64,000 nucleotides of DNA from the human T2T-CHM13v2.0 reference genome, Homo sapiens. Location of the stretch: assembly GCF_009914755.1 (NCBI RefSeq), contig NC_060945.1; one strand, 5' to 3'. The notes under the pieces are model-generated. The model did no database searches and was not told the DNA's origin. It saw nothing but the letters and a program-made list of their open reading frames with translations. This document shows, piece after piece, positions 28,001 to 40,626 of the stretch. Each line of letters starts with the position of its first letter. Position 1 is the stretch's first letter. A program made the translations under genes and the position numbers.

Positions 28001-28153
28001 TACATTGCTGGATTCTATTTGCTAATATTTTGTCAAAAATTTTTGCATCTATGCTCATAAAAGTCATCACCTATACTTTTATTTTATTTTAATATCAGTC
28101 TGGTTTTGGTATTAGGGTGATGCTGGCCTCATAAGATGACTTAGGAAGTTTTC
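25058..28153 (-). mobile_element. L1MC (MC1/2-like) 3'UTR plus decayed ORF2, about 2.7 kb, interrupted by L1MA
   Basis: GACTTTATTTTAGAGCAGTTTTAGGTTTACAG 3' end; minus-strand ORFs contain [14 protein letters not shown]...[11 protein letters not shown] and MSIDAKIFDKILANRIQQ (L1 RT). Confidence 0.92.
27395..27787 (-). mobile_element. L1MA (MA2/3-like) 3' end nested in L1MC
   Basis: TTTTTGTGGGTACATAGTAGATGTATATATTTATGGGGTACATGAGATATTTTGATACAGGCATGCAATG. Confidence 0.9.
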
Positions 28154-28154
28154 C

Positions 28155-28283
28155 CTGTGAAGCAATTCATTGTGCATTGATGGCCAACATGTCTGAGTCT
28201 GGTGAGATAAAACATCCACCCACACAACAAATTACATGAAGAGGATTTATTATTTACAGATAAGCAGCAAAGGACAATAGAAC
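28155..28283 (-). mobile_element. ERVL-class LTR 3' fragment (MER74-like)
   Basis: Reverse complement reads ...ATCTGTAAATAATAAA...CATGTAATTTGTTGTGTGGG...CTCACCAGACTCAGACA...GCTTCACA, like the recalled MER74 terminus. Confidence 0.65.
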
Positions 28284-28646
28284 TTTTTGAAAATATTAGA
28301 TTTGTTTGACAGATGCTTAAAGCTCTGCTCGGCAAGAATTTGAACAATTCACTCATATTTGCTCCCCACAAACTTGTAACTAGAAGTTGGTACTGTCTGC
28401 CCATTTCCCTAAAACAGAAGCAAACACTTTCCTGTCACAATAAAATTACGTTTTTATCCAACTGTTTTTCTTTAGAAACAGCTTTACTTTTGCTCAACTT
28501 ATTTATTTCCATTTTAGTACATGGGAGCATAAGTTTATTCCATGTATTCTAAAAAAAAAATGTAGAGAAAAGGAAGAAGCTACATAAATTTTTCATGCGA
28601 ATTTCTCAAAGATTACATACATGTTTAAATGAAAATGTAGAAAATA

Positions 28647-29039
28647 GGCCGGAGGTGGTGGTTCACGGCTGAAATCCCAGCACTTTGGGAGGTGGAGGCA
28701 GGCAGATCACCTGAGGTCAGGAATTCAAAACCAGCCTAGCCAACATGGTGCAACTCTGCTTAATGCAAATACAAAAATTAGCCGGGTATGGTAGCACACA
28801 CCTGTAATCCCAGCTACTTGGGAGGCTGAGGCAGGAGAATCGCTTGAACAGGGAGGCAGAGGTTGCAGTGAGCCAAGATCGTGCCACAGCACTCCAGCCT
28901 GGGTGACAGAGTGAGACGTTGTCACAAAAGAGAAAGAGAAAGAAAGAAGGAAAGAAGAAAGAAAGAAAGAAAGAAAAGAAAGAAAGAAGGAAGGAAGGAA
29001 GGAAGGAAGGAAGGAAGGAAGGAAGGAAGGAAGGAAGGA

Positions 29040-29105
<66 letters not shown>
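28647..29105 (+). mobile_element. AluSx-like with expanded purine tail
   Basis: Alu body 28647-28925; perfect TSD GAAAATGTAGAAAATA at 28631-28646 and 29106-29121. Confidence 0.96.
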
Positions 29106-29107
<2 letters not shown>

Positions 29108-29110
29108 AAA
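28926..29110. repeat. Compound (GAAG)n(GAAA)n tetranucleotide STR
   Basis: About 185 bp of only A/G, including about 13 GAAG and about 18 GAAA units. Confidence 0.97.
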
Positions 29111-29427
29111 TGTAGAAAATAGATAAATTACATAAATGTTAGTAAATGGAAATTTTGGTTAGGCACAGATAAACTTCAACAATAAGGCCAGGGGCATATT
29201 GCCATTTAAAAAAAATAAAGTTGAGATATGATTATGTTTAGTGGTGAAGTTATTACTGAATCCAACAGCACTCAGTGATTAAACTCAACTTGTTTATGAA
29301 AACAAAGGAATTTTAATCTTTCTTTGATTTATTGAGAAATACTCATTGGCAAACATCCTTTCTGAATCACCCCAGTGTACCCACTCACACACACACAAAA
29401 TTACTATTATATCATCTAATTGAGCAA

Positions 29428-29727
<300 letters not shown>

Positions 29728-31787
29728 AATTGAGCAATCTTAAAGAGAACTCACCAGGGAGTTTCACAGCAGCTTTTAGTCAAGTATTGGCAGAGAGCTT
29801 TGCTGAGGCCTGTTTCAGGATGGCCATTTTTGCATGAGGTTTTAGTTGTTTTTTTTTTAGACCTCTCTAATCTTAGATTGTTTTGGATGTTAATTCAGTA
29901 CAAATTTTTTCTCATCAGAGATAGTCACTTTTTTGACAACATAGAATTTGACACAGTAATATTATAATATGAAATATTTTCCTCTTCTTGTTCTATTCCA
30001 AAAGTATCATCTTGTCAAAGACTGCATAAAGCCTCTCTATTATGTTAAAAATACTTTTCCCATGAAGTTTAAAGAAATTTTCTCCCTTTTGAAAATGTGT
30101 TGGGATTTTTGGTCCTCAGGGATTTGAGGCCTTTCTATCTGCCTTTGTTAAATGACTTTTTACTCTGAAAATGACTTGTAATGTAAAAGTTAAAAATTGG
30201 GAAAGAGTTACCACATAGTTTTATGCACCCAGGAAAATTTTAAAGACAATAAGAAAAGCTTTTGCTGTAGCATAGTGTCTATTACATGTACAGGGCATAA
30301 GAGCTTGAGGTGTTTGTTCAAAATTTGGACATACTGTCAGAATGAAGAGGATTATTTGTTAACATATAATAGTTTGACATCTGGTATAAAAATAATAGTG
30401 TCTTATTTCTTTAGATGAATGTACTAAATTGTAAATTAAGAGTATAAGGAGAAAAAAATAATAACAATTATATGTTCATGCAAATTAGCATAGAAATTAA
30501 TGAAAAGGATAGAAGATACAGACTCATTTCAAAGCATGCTCTCACTGGTAAAAACGTTGATGGTGCCTATGTAAAACAAAATTTCCTCTGTATTGTCAAG
30601 TTTACTAAGAAATACAAAACAGTGATGAGAAATTTGTAAAAGCATAAAATACAAAATCATGAAAAGAATAATGATGGGAGATAAATAAATATTCTCTCCC
30701 TTCTCAAGAGAATGGATGGTTTACAAAGAAAAGTTTAATAGCTTGCTCTTGCAAAACTTTTTAATTCTAATGCTGGGATGATCTTATGTTCAGCTAAGAT
30801 AATTGAATGAATATTGGACTGAGCATAAAGAAGTTTTGGAAAAATTCCAAAGGAAAGGTATTAGGAGCAAAAAAAAAAAAAAAAAAAAGCTACACCATCC
30901 TCACTTTATCTTATCAAAATTTTTGCAATTTTTTTCTCTGACATACTTGTTTTTATTCATTGTATTTGGTTATAACTAAGAAAACCCTTAAAAATGTAAT
31001 TTCAAGCACATTATTTCTTAGTACATGCTCTTTTTGTCAACATTATCAAAATTATTTTTTCTTTATTACAGGAAATAAGTTTTTTACCGTGTGTAGTTAC
31101 CAAAAACAACAAAACTATATGACTTTGAAGAATTAATAAAAGCCAGTTTTATGTTTTAATAATTTAACATTTTTATGGACAGAGTTTTATGATAGAGACT
31201 AAATTAAGAAAAGTCAATGTCATCTTGAAGATAACCCATAAAAAATGTGTCTGAAATTTACATGTTTAGTGTAATTATTAGGTTTTGTTAAGACTATTTT
31301 TTAATACCAGAGAGAGACAAATGGTTTAGTGAAGAATTAGACTTACAGTTTAATAGAAATACGATTCTCAGAAAGTTATTTATAATTTCTGAGCTTAAAA
31401 ATGTTATTTTAAAAAATTATTATATGAATCACATTTATCCCCTCAGATATTCTGGGGTTATATGATATTTTTTAAAACGATACTTTGAAATATGTTTAAA
31501 ACTTTTAAGGTGCTAATATTTGTTTAAAAAACTTTAATATGAATTGGAGTTAAGAATTTTACTTCAACCTGAGTTGAATTTGTTAGACCTTGAGATTTCT
31601 ATGACTACTATTACAATCATGCAAAGAAGGCATTAATTAAACAAAAATAATATTTTATGCTCTTGGTATGGGATAATCATTTCCAGTACTAACACCTTCT
31701 CTCTGTGAAATTCAAATAATCGTAAGAAATTTATCCATATTTTTTACAATGTAGGAACTCCTCTCTTTAACATACATGAGTTAAATG

Positions 31788-31912
31788 ATTTTTAAAAACA
31801 GCTTTATTGAGCTATAGCAGATATACAAAAAACTATGCATATTTAAAATATAAAATTTGATGAGTTTGAACATATATATCTACCACATCAAGGTAACAGA
31901 AATATCCATCAA
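31788..31912 (-). mobile_element. L1MA/MB 3'-end fragment
   Basis: CAGCTTTATTGAGCTATAG...ATATTTAAAATATAAAATTTGATGAGTTTGAACATAT. Confidence 0.75.
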
Positions 31913-33429
31913 GGTTTAATTTATACCATAATATTCATATTTAATGAGTAAGGAAAATATTGGCTTACAATATTTTTAAGCCAGTATTACATGTAATAGT
32001 CAGTAACAGGTAATATTTAGATGTTAACTATAATATACATAAATCTGGAGACCTTTTTATTGCCTACATGTGTTTGGATATTTCAGGTGCTATTGATAGA
32101 GATATAATATTTAATTCATTGGCTCCATATAATTCAAAAATGAAAAGACATGGAGTGCAGAGTGTTGGTTTTTTTACTAAATAACAGTTACAATCAATGT
32201 TTTATTTATATGAAATGGAGTCAAATAAGTTGAAGGCCATTGTAATTAATAAGTAGGAAATGAAGTGTGAACACATTTCAACGTCCCACTGGGAAATCTA
32301 GGTGACCAGGAGCAGTTAAACTGGACACCGGTTGTCATCTTCCCAGGAGAGCTCTTTGTCATCATCTTTAAATGAAGAATGCAAAACATCATTTTTAGAT
32401 ATTTTTGAATCCTTACAAGTCTGAAAGCCTTTAAACATCATAACTGAAATAATGAGAGACTATTAATAAATGTGATTGACTAAAAGAGTTGCCAGGTGGG
32501 TTTGATTCCCAAGTAAGCCAAAAAAAGGCAACAGAAGCTTATGAAATGTCACAACAATTTATGACAACTTTTGTTATCACAAAGAGAGTCATTCAATTTC
32601 CAAAATAATGTAATTTTAGAAACATGTTATTTCATTTGATCATAGACGCAAGTTCTATATTTTATTATTAAAATATTTTATTTTTCTTCTTTCTAAATAA
32701 AATAAAATTAATTAGAAACCTGAATAATCAACAGCAAAAATGTGGACTAAAGTTTTACAGTTGTGACACAATACTCCATTTGATGAACAAAGAGAAAACT
32801 ATTATATGGTTTAAATTGTTTCCTGAATTAAAAGTAATTAAATCTTTGGATTTGTAAAACTAAATACATACATTAATATGGTAGATGTAAAAGTAAAAGC
32901 CGAAATAATTTATCTGTTTCCACAGAAGAAAGAAAGGGGTAGGGAGAGAGGGTGAAAGAAGAAAGAAAAGCAATGAGCAAATATTCTTAGGCTTCAGTTC
33001 TGAACTCTAATTGCTGATTTATCTAACAAGTTGTGCCTTGTTTCAGAACCTTGGGGGTTATTTTAAATATAAGCGTTAGAAAAGTATGTTAGAAAAAACT
33101 GCTCACTTTTTATGTGAGAATGCCAAACTTGGCCAAAATGCAATATATTTATATATGTCCTAAGGTCAAGGTTTTCATCAATAAAAATACTAAACCTGCG
33201 TCCTAGACTCAATATAAAAACCATAAAAAGTGACTTTTATAATCCGAATATTTTTACCCAGTTCAGTTCTCAAATTATTTTTATTCTTCTGTCAAAGCCA
33301 CGTATATACAAGTCTTAGTGTCTCCCAATATCAACCAGGTTCTACTGCTTAAAATAGTCCTAAAGTGCTTTATTGTTTTAAAGATGAGGCAATAATGAAT
33401 AATTTCAATGTGCTTCTACACAACACACC

Positions 33430-33542
33430 TTACCCCTACAATTCAGAGATTCCAAATTGCCGATCTGGGATGATGTTGGGACATTGGTATTTTTGAAAAT
33501 ACTTGCCAAGTGTCTAATGAGTAGGCAAGATGTGAAGCACTT
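33430..33542. mobile_element. Degenerate MER5-like hAT fragment
   Basis: CAGAGATTC...GATCTGGGATG...GGACATTGGTATTTTTGAAAA...TCTAATG. Confidence 0.45.
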
Positions 33543-33692
33543 TATGAGGTAATTTCAAGTAAAGGTTCTTTGCTTAAAATGAAGCTAATGCTTCTGCTCA
33601 TTTATGTAACAAATATTATTGAGAAATAACTTCAGCACAAAGATTAATAAAACACTATCCTGTTCCATAATATACTTAAATTTTAATGGAAC

Positions 33693-33720
33693 GTGTTTGT
33701 GTGTGTGTGTGTGTGTGTGT
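33693..33720. repeat. (TG)n microsatellite
   Basis: About 11 perfect TG units. Confidence 0.9.
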
Positions 33721-33754
33721 AAAACATAGACAACCAAAAAGGTGTAATTGAATG

Positions 33755-34110
33755 ACTCTCAAGTCCACATTCCCAGAACAAAAGCTGCTTCTCAAATACC
33801 TAAATGTTCTTCCATTCCTAAAATTCATCATGACCTAAACCAAACTCAGGATCATGTGTCATAAATTAGTTTATCCACCTGACGTTCTTATTTCTTAAAG
33901 TTTCAGCATTGTTCCTGTTGACCCAGTTTTATTCCTTAATTCAACTTTTAGACATTCCCAGACATTCTGAGTCAATTTTAAAAATCACTTTTAAATATTA
34001 CTTCAAAACTATATATTATATAAATCTGACTTTTCTCTTCCTACCACCAATATGCAGATTCTTGTCCTCATTACTTCTCAGTATAATTATTCTACCCACG
34101 GTCTCTAAGG
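33755..34110 (+). mobile_element. Degenerate L2 fragment
   Basis: CCTAAAATTCATCATGACCTAAACCAAACTC...ACTTTTCTCTTCCTACCAC. Confidence 0.5.
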
Positions 34111-34171
34111 GTTAAGCTTGGCATTGCCAATTATTACACTCTCAGAAAAATGTTTTGTACTCCCTCTGCCT

Positions 34172-34632
34172 TTGTATGGCAGAGAACACCAGCTATTTCT
34201 CAGGATTCGTTCTCCCCTCTTCTACAGTAACACACACACTGGTTTTCAGTAGGAATAGAGATAGTTTCTACCATCCTTGTTGTATGTATGAGGTGGAAAA
34301 AAAAATCCTGGTCAAAAGTATATGAGAAACTTCCAGGAAGTCTCCTTAGACAGACACAATGCAAATTTCTTCCTTTCCTTTTTTGGTTTCCCTTTTATTT
34401 TTTCTTTTAGGCTGGAATGTTTATGTTATTGATGGAACTTGGGGAGACACATTTGGTGACCTTGGGAATGAAGATCTATCTGTAGGGGATATAGAACACA
34501 CTTGGCTATGAGAAACTGTATACCACGATACCAGGCATAGAGCATTATATTTACATGAAAAATAAATAAACTGCTATGTACTTACCCACCGTTATGATGA
34601 GCTTTTGGTTACTCTTAAGTAAATATAATCCA
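34172..34632 (+). mobile_element. MaLR LTR (MLT1J-like)
   Basis: TGGCAGAGAACACC...AACTTCCAGGAAGTCTCCTTA...GGCTGGAATG...GTGACCTTGGGAATGAAG...AAATAAACTGCTAT. Confidence 0.65.
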
Positions 34633-34737
34633 CTTTAAATTTCCCTCTTTCTATATCTGATGTAATATTATATTTCTCCTAGAAGTATCTTCTTGACTAT
34701 ATAACTACTCCATTCCTTGTTTTTAGATTACATCTTA

Positions 34738-35025
34738 TCATTTGGTCTTTCAACTAGTGTTCAATGAGGACCTACTCTGTGCCAACCATATTTAAATTGC
34801 ATAGACGCCAGAGTTAAGTCAGATAAAACATTCAGCCCTCATGAACTCTATACTTAAGTTGAAGAAACAAGTAAACAAATGACTCAGGAAATTCATATTA
34901 TGTTATCTGGCAATAAGTGTATTGAAAAAAAAGTAAATTAAGAAAGAAGGATAGCAAACATCAGGGCTATGGGAGGATTGTGGAGGGGGAATTGTACTTT
35001 AAAATAAGCCAGGGAAGGCCTCAAT
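34738..35025 (-). mobile_element. L2 3' fragment
   Basis: TTCAACTAGTGTTCAATGAGGACCTACTCTGTGCCA...GCCCTCATGAACT...CAGGGAAGGCCTC. Confidence 0.75.
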
Positions 35026-35027
35026 TA

Positions 35028-35345
<318 letters not shown>

Positions 35346-35387
35346 TCATGACTTGAGGAGAGAAGGAACCAACTACAATGGTGTGTG

Positions 35388-35571
35388 AGGATAGATACTG
35401 GAACCTACTAGAGGGAGGATAGAGGGTGAGGGACAAGGCTGGAAACTACCTATTGAGTACTGTACTCACTATTAAACCCCAATGTCATGTGATATACCCA
35501 CATAACAAACCCGCACATGTATCCCCTGAATCTAAAATAAAATTTGAAATTATTTGAAAAAGAAAGAAAAA
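35388..35571 (+). mobile_element. L1PA15-17/L1PB-like 3' end
   Basis: AAACTACCTATTGAGTACTGTACTCACTA...AACAAACCCGCACATGTATCCCCTGAATCTAAAATAAAA. Confidence 0.85.
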
Positions 35572-36224
35572 TGTGGGGGCAGACCCTCCCTGACTCCCAA
35601 CTTTTGTTCGTGGTAATTTCTCTACCTGAAGGACCCTTTAACATTATGTTAGGTTTTTGAAATTCAAGATTTCTTTTAAGATCTCAAATACACTTTCTTT
35701 AAAAAGCCTTTTCTACTACCCTTGTCCAGGTGATCACTCCTCAGTGACATGATAGCCTGACTGATTTTACTTTCTATCTCTTACTAAAGTCTGGCTGTAA
35801 TTAAGTAAGTCTTAACCCTCTTCTCTGATATACTGTGTCCTGAAGTTATGCCTTGAAAGATAACATTTATCATGCAATACCAATTAGCACACAACAAAAC
35901 TCATTATATACCCATATATGCATGTATGTATACTTCTAACTCAACAACATGCCATTTTAATATCATACATTTTAGCACAATCAATTTTACTAATTAAAAT
36001 GTTTGTTTCCTTATATCAGGTATGCTGGAATTCTAGTTAAGTATGCACAAAGTAGCTTAGCAAGTGAGGATTATCAAAGAGAGAAGTGTAATGATAACAA
36101 TACTTTTTAGGCTATAAATGAGGATTAATGAAACAATTCTACATCAGATTTCTCACCAAACATACTAATTATTGTTGTCTTTTACTTGACTGACTGGCCA
36201 AGAGAAAGACTGTCAGATCCCTGT

Positions 36225-36672
36225 TTTCTGAAACAGCACAGTTCTATTCTTTTGCAGTTGTGGAGGCCAGAATTCAGAAATGGGTTTTACAGAGTCAAAA
36301 TCAATGCCTCTGAAGGGCAATGCTCTCTCTGGAGGCTCTAGTGGAGAATCCTTTTGCTTGCTTTTTCCGGCTTCTAGGTCTGTAATTCTTGTTTACCTTG
36401 CCTTACGGCCCCTTCTTGCATAGCCAGTCAACAGCACAGCACCTTGCTTCAGTTATCACATTGCCTTCTTCTGTGTAAAATCTCCCTTAGTTCAATCTTA
36501 AAAGTACACTTGGGATTATATTTACCAACTATTTGAGAATCCAGAATAATCACTCCATTTTAAGATTCTTAATTTAATTACATCTGCAAAATCTTTTTGG
36601 CCATAAAAATGCTCACAGGTTCCAGGCATTAGGACATGGATATCTCCAGGGGCCATTATTCAGCCTACCTTC
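36225..36672 (-). mobile_element. MaLR LTR (MLT1C/D)
   Basis: CAGTTGTGGAGGCCAGAATTC...GGAGGCTCTAGTGGAGAATCC...ACATCTGCAAAATC...GGGGCCATTATTCAGCCTACC. Confidence 0.85.
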
Positions 36673-37289
36673 ATGCCATATAATAAAACAATTTGGCTTG
36701 AGAAGACAAGCAGCGCTTTGTTCTGAGAAGAAAGTTCACCAGCACAAGCAGCACACACTGGAAAATTGAAAATATACTCCTTTTATATCTAGAATGCTTA
36801 AAATTTAAATTCCAATTCAAATATGCCACGCAAGTATTCCCTATAGCTGTGGCAGTAACATTCTATCTACGGCAGTCTCAAGTGGAATTCCTTCATGACT
36901 TCCTCAGGATTTTGCCCATGACAGGGAGGGAACTGACAAGTATACTGAACATATTCTGTCTCTTCCATCCTTACCATATTGCAAAGGGTCACTTCATACT
37001 GTAGATCGGATGGAGAAGAGATTCAAACCAAACATCCAAATTAATCCTTCCTTCTTGTATTTTCTTATAAAATAATTATTCTCACAAATTGAACTGGGAT
37101 GTTTGAGTTTAAAAGCCAAGAATTGGCCACCTCTCTTCTCTGGTGCTATCTGACAAATTCATTCTGGGGCAGATGGCAGTAGATGCCTTAATAGGGAAAC
37201 ATAATGTGGAAAAAAACCAGTTATCACCTAACATTATACACACACACAGAGTACATATTTTAAAACGTATTCATATTTCTTCCCCTTGA

Positions 37290-37462
37290 AGAGTGTCCTA
37301 AAATTTCAGCATGTGTCAGCATCACCTAGAGGCCTTTTTAAAAAAGATAGCCAAATCCTACTCCTAGAAAATCTGATCCAATTGGTCTGCAGTGGGGCCA
37401 AGAATTTCCATTTCTAGCAAGTTCCCAGATGATACTGGTCCTACATATTCAGGGACCACTGC
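37290..37462. mobile_element. MER5A (hAT-Charlie MITE)
   Basis: CAGCATCACCTAGAGG...GGTCTGCAGTGGGGCCAAGAATTTCCATTTCTAGCAAGTTCCCAGATGAT...GGACCACTG. Confidence 0.82.
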
Positions 37463-38744
37463 TTTAAAATACAACTGATACTACGTCCTCAAGTTCTCAG
37501 TCCACAGTTGGTGACTAAAAAGCCGCTTTTATCATGGTTCTGAAATGAGATCAATTTCACCTATGATACACAGCCTACAAAAAAAAAAATGCCTTATAGT
37601 AGCTTTAATCTTGTATAAGGCATTTACAGAAGAGATTTTCACAGTGTCAGTGAACCTCAGATTTGTAGTGAATCTCAATCTCCTCCTACATGTAATTTTT
37701 CTCCTTATCATAAACCTCAACTAGAATTAGGGCAAGCCCCTCAGTGAGACTAAAATTCCATCAGCTTCAGGTAATTCCATTACCTACAGAAGTCTTTTCA
37801 GAAAGAGAACCTTTGATCAAGCTTCGAGGGTGTCATGATTTCTCTGAGAGATGGAAGGGAAAAAAATAAAATCCATTACCGCAAAATAACCAGCAGAGAA
37901 TCCTTCCTCACTCCCATCTCTAGTCCCCTTGCTGCATAATTGCTTTAAGGCTTATTATGGCCACATTAGGGTTTGAGCTCAAAGTCTTCTCTAAAACACA
38001 AAATGTAGAGAAGTAATTCTTTACGAATACCGAATAAAGCTTACATTTTTTGTACGTATTTTTATTAATGTGGAAATTCCATTTATTACCAATTCATGTG
38101 GCAGGAACATATTATCCTGTGAATTAAAATCTCTATGGTGACATGGCAAGACCCATCTAAGAAATTCTCAAATGAACATAAATTAAGATCACAAACCACA
38201 TAGATAAAGGGCAAGGAAATTTACCTTTTTCAAGATATTGTTAATTTTTAAAATGTTCTTTATTATGATTTTCCAGAATTTTAATCAAGCTCACATATGA
38301 GCTCTACTACTTTTTCTCCTACAAAACCAATTACTTAAAGCTCTACAAACATACGTTTACTGAAATGAGCAGCTTTGTCCTTTAGCCTTGCTGCGGGCAT
38401 CAAATACCATGGCAATTATGGAAAGACTATTCAATGTATACCAATTGGTGTCAAAAATCAATAAGACTTGGCATTGCCTCTTTATGTAAGGACGGTAGTT
38501 TACCTTCTAACATTATTATGATAGTTATTTTGTAATTCTTGCCCTGAACTCTGTTTTTAAAATCTGGATTATAAGGTAATTTATTGGGATTCTATTACTA
38601 GTTGGCATAAAAGAAATGAGTCTACTGGTGTGTTCCCTAGAGCTTACTTCAGATTTAATGCTACAGTAACAAACTTTTTGCCATCCCTGTGGAAAGCAAG
38701 AGACTCTCTTGAAAGGCTCTTAGATATCAATTATTGCCTTCATT

Positions 38745-39282
38745 TCCTGAAATTAAGCAGAACCATTGTGAATGTTACCAAATAAAGGACTACAGGACGT
38801 AAATCATATACACTTGAAAGAGGATATGGGAAGGGAAGGTCTGAAAAGGGCACCTGGAAGTTCAGAGAGAAGTCACCAGTAAGCCCTCTTGAAGCACTGA
38901 GGTCTGGAGACAAGTCTGAATTTTCAGGCTGGTCCAGACGCCACAGTGGAACCATGAAGGGAAGCTAATGGGAGCTGTTGCCTCTGTGCCTCTCAGTGGG
39001 CCTGAGATCACTGTGGGTCAGCAGAGAAGTAGGGAAGAAGAACTGGGTTAATTAGTGGGAGGGAACAAGGACAAGTTGGACCCCGCTGGCCTTTCTGCAG
39101 CTGGCTGTCACCTTGTGTAATCATGAAACCTTCAAAAGGCAATGGGTCTTCCTTCACCTCTAATTTCCAAATCTCATGAAATGCCTCCGTGGCCAACTCT
39201 AACTCAGAACCACACAGAGAAAGGGACTCAGGAAAACTTAGTTCCGGGTTAGATACATTGACACAGAGCAAAACTACCACTG
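38745..39282. mobile_element. Ancient LTR (LTR78/LTR79-like)
   Basis: GC-richer block ending TTCCAAATCTCATG...GGCCAACTCTAACTCAGAACCACACAGAGAAAGGGA...TAGTTCC...TTGACACA. Confidence 0.5.
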
Positions 39283-39402
39283 TGGTTTTGTAATGGAAGC
39301 ATTACCTTTTGCTACTTCCTTATTAAAATCAAATAAATGTGTGTTTCAGTGTGTAAATGAGTACCTCGATGGCTAAATTCTGGTTTTGACTATATCCAAC
39401 AA

Positions 39403-39575
39403 ATATTATATATATATATATGTAAATATATATATAGAGGGAGCATGCATAGATAGGTACAAATGCTATATATTTATATATGAATACGTGTGTATTTTAC
39501 ATATAAACATATGAATAAATATGTAAATATTTGGAGCTATTTTATGATACATACACATATAAGCACACACATATA
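39403..39575. repeat. TA-rich low-complexity tract
   Basis: Interrupted (TA)n/(CATA)n. Confidence 0.7.
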
Positions 39576-40160
39576 GTCAAAGATCAGGGCTAGTTAGAGG
39601 TGTCTTCTGGCACTCAGCAATTCTTTTTCTCTTTGTAAGGAAATTTAATTAACATTATCATTGATCCCTCATATAATGAGGTTATATATTTTGCATGCTT
39701 AATTAAAAACTAGACCTGGAGAATAAACAAAATAAACAATGGTGGTAATAGTAAAACATGAGTTCCCAGGTGTTTTTTAGAAGTATCGGTATGTGATAAT
39801 TATCTATTTCTTGAAACATGTTTGAGGGTCAATTTTACTCTTTACAATTTTCCAGCATGATACAGTTGGTGTTAACTATGCTGATGATTCCAGTTAAAGA
39901 CACTTATAAATATCAGTGTATTCTACTGTGCAGATTCATAGGACAAAGTGATTTTAACTGGGACCAAAAACTGAAATGAAATGAGGTAAGCACACTGCCT
40001 TGGTGGGATTTGTTACTTAATCAGTTGCAGGACACACAGCAGTTGATGTATTCTGACAGGGAGAATGAGAAACCTGGATTATGCTAATCCTTTCATATGT
40101 TAATCCATAATCCTAATAAAAACAGATATGTTATTCTCTCATTTAGAAAGTTAAAGCAAA

Positions 40161-40469
40161 GGCCGGGCGCAGTGGCTCACACCTGTAATCCCAGCACTTT
40201 GGGAGGCCGAGGCAGGAGGATCAGAGGGTCAGGAGATCAAGACCATCCTGGCTAACATGGTGAAACCCTGTCTCTGCTAAAAATACAAAAAATTAGCCAG
40301 GTGTGGTGGCGGGCGCCTGTAGTCCCAGCTACTCCGGAGGCTGAGACAGGAGAATGGCGTGAACCCAGGAGGTGGAGCTTGCATTGAGCCTAGATTGCGC
40401 CACTGCACTCCAGCCTGGACAACAGAGCGAGACTCCATCTCAAAAAACAACAACAACAACAAAAAAGAA
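40161..40469 (+). mobile_element. AluY
   Basis: GAGATCAAGACCATCCTGGCTAAC, GAATGGCGTGAACCC and GGAGCTTGCA diagnostics; (CAA)n tail; no adjacent TSD. Confidence 0.95.
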
Positions 40470-40626
40470 TCAGATCTCATGAGAACTCACTATCACAAGA
40501 ACAGCAAGAGGGTAACCACCGCCATGATTCAATTACTTTCCACAGGGTCCCTTCCACATCATATGGGGATTATGGGAACTACAATTCAAGATGAGATTTG
40601 GGTGGGGACATAACCAAACTATATCA
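40470..40626 (-). mobile_element. THE1/MST MaLR LTR, partial (about 155 bp)
   Basis: TCAGATCTCATGAGAACTCACTATCACAAGAACAGC...ACAATTCAAGATGAGATTTGGGTGGGGACA...TATATCA terminus. Confidence 0.9.

Noticed and set aside
28881-29126. K/E/R-rich ORFs
   Set aside because: Translation of the GAAA/GGAA microsatellite.
31050-31075. Strong-looking plus-strand splice acceptors here and near 32925, 52570 and 55842
   Set aside because: No linked donor with an open frame; such motifs are common in T-rich DNA.
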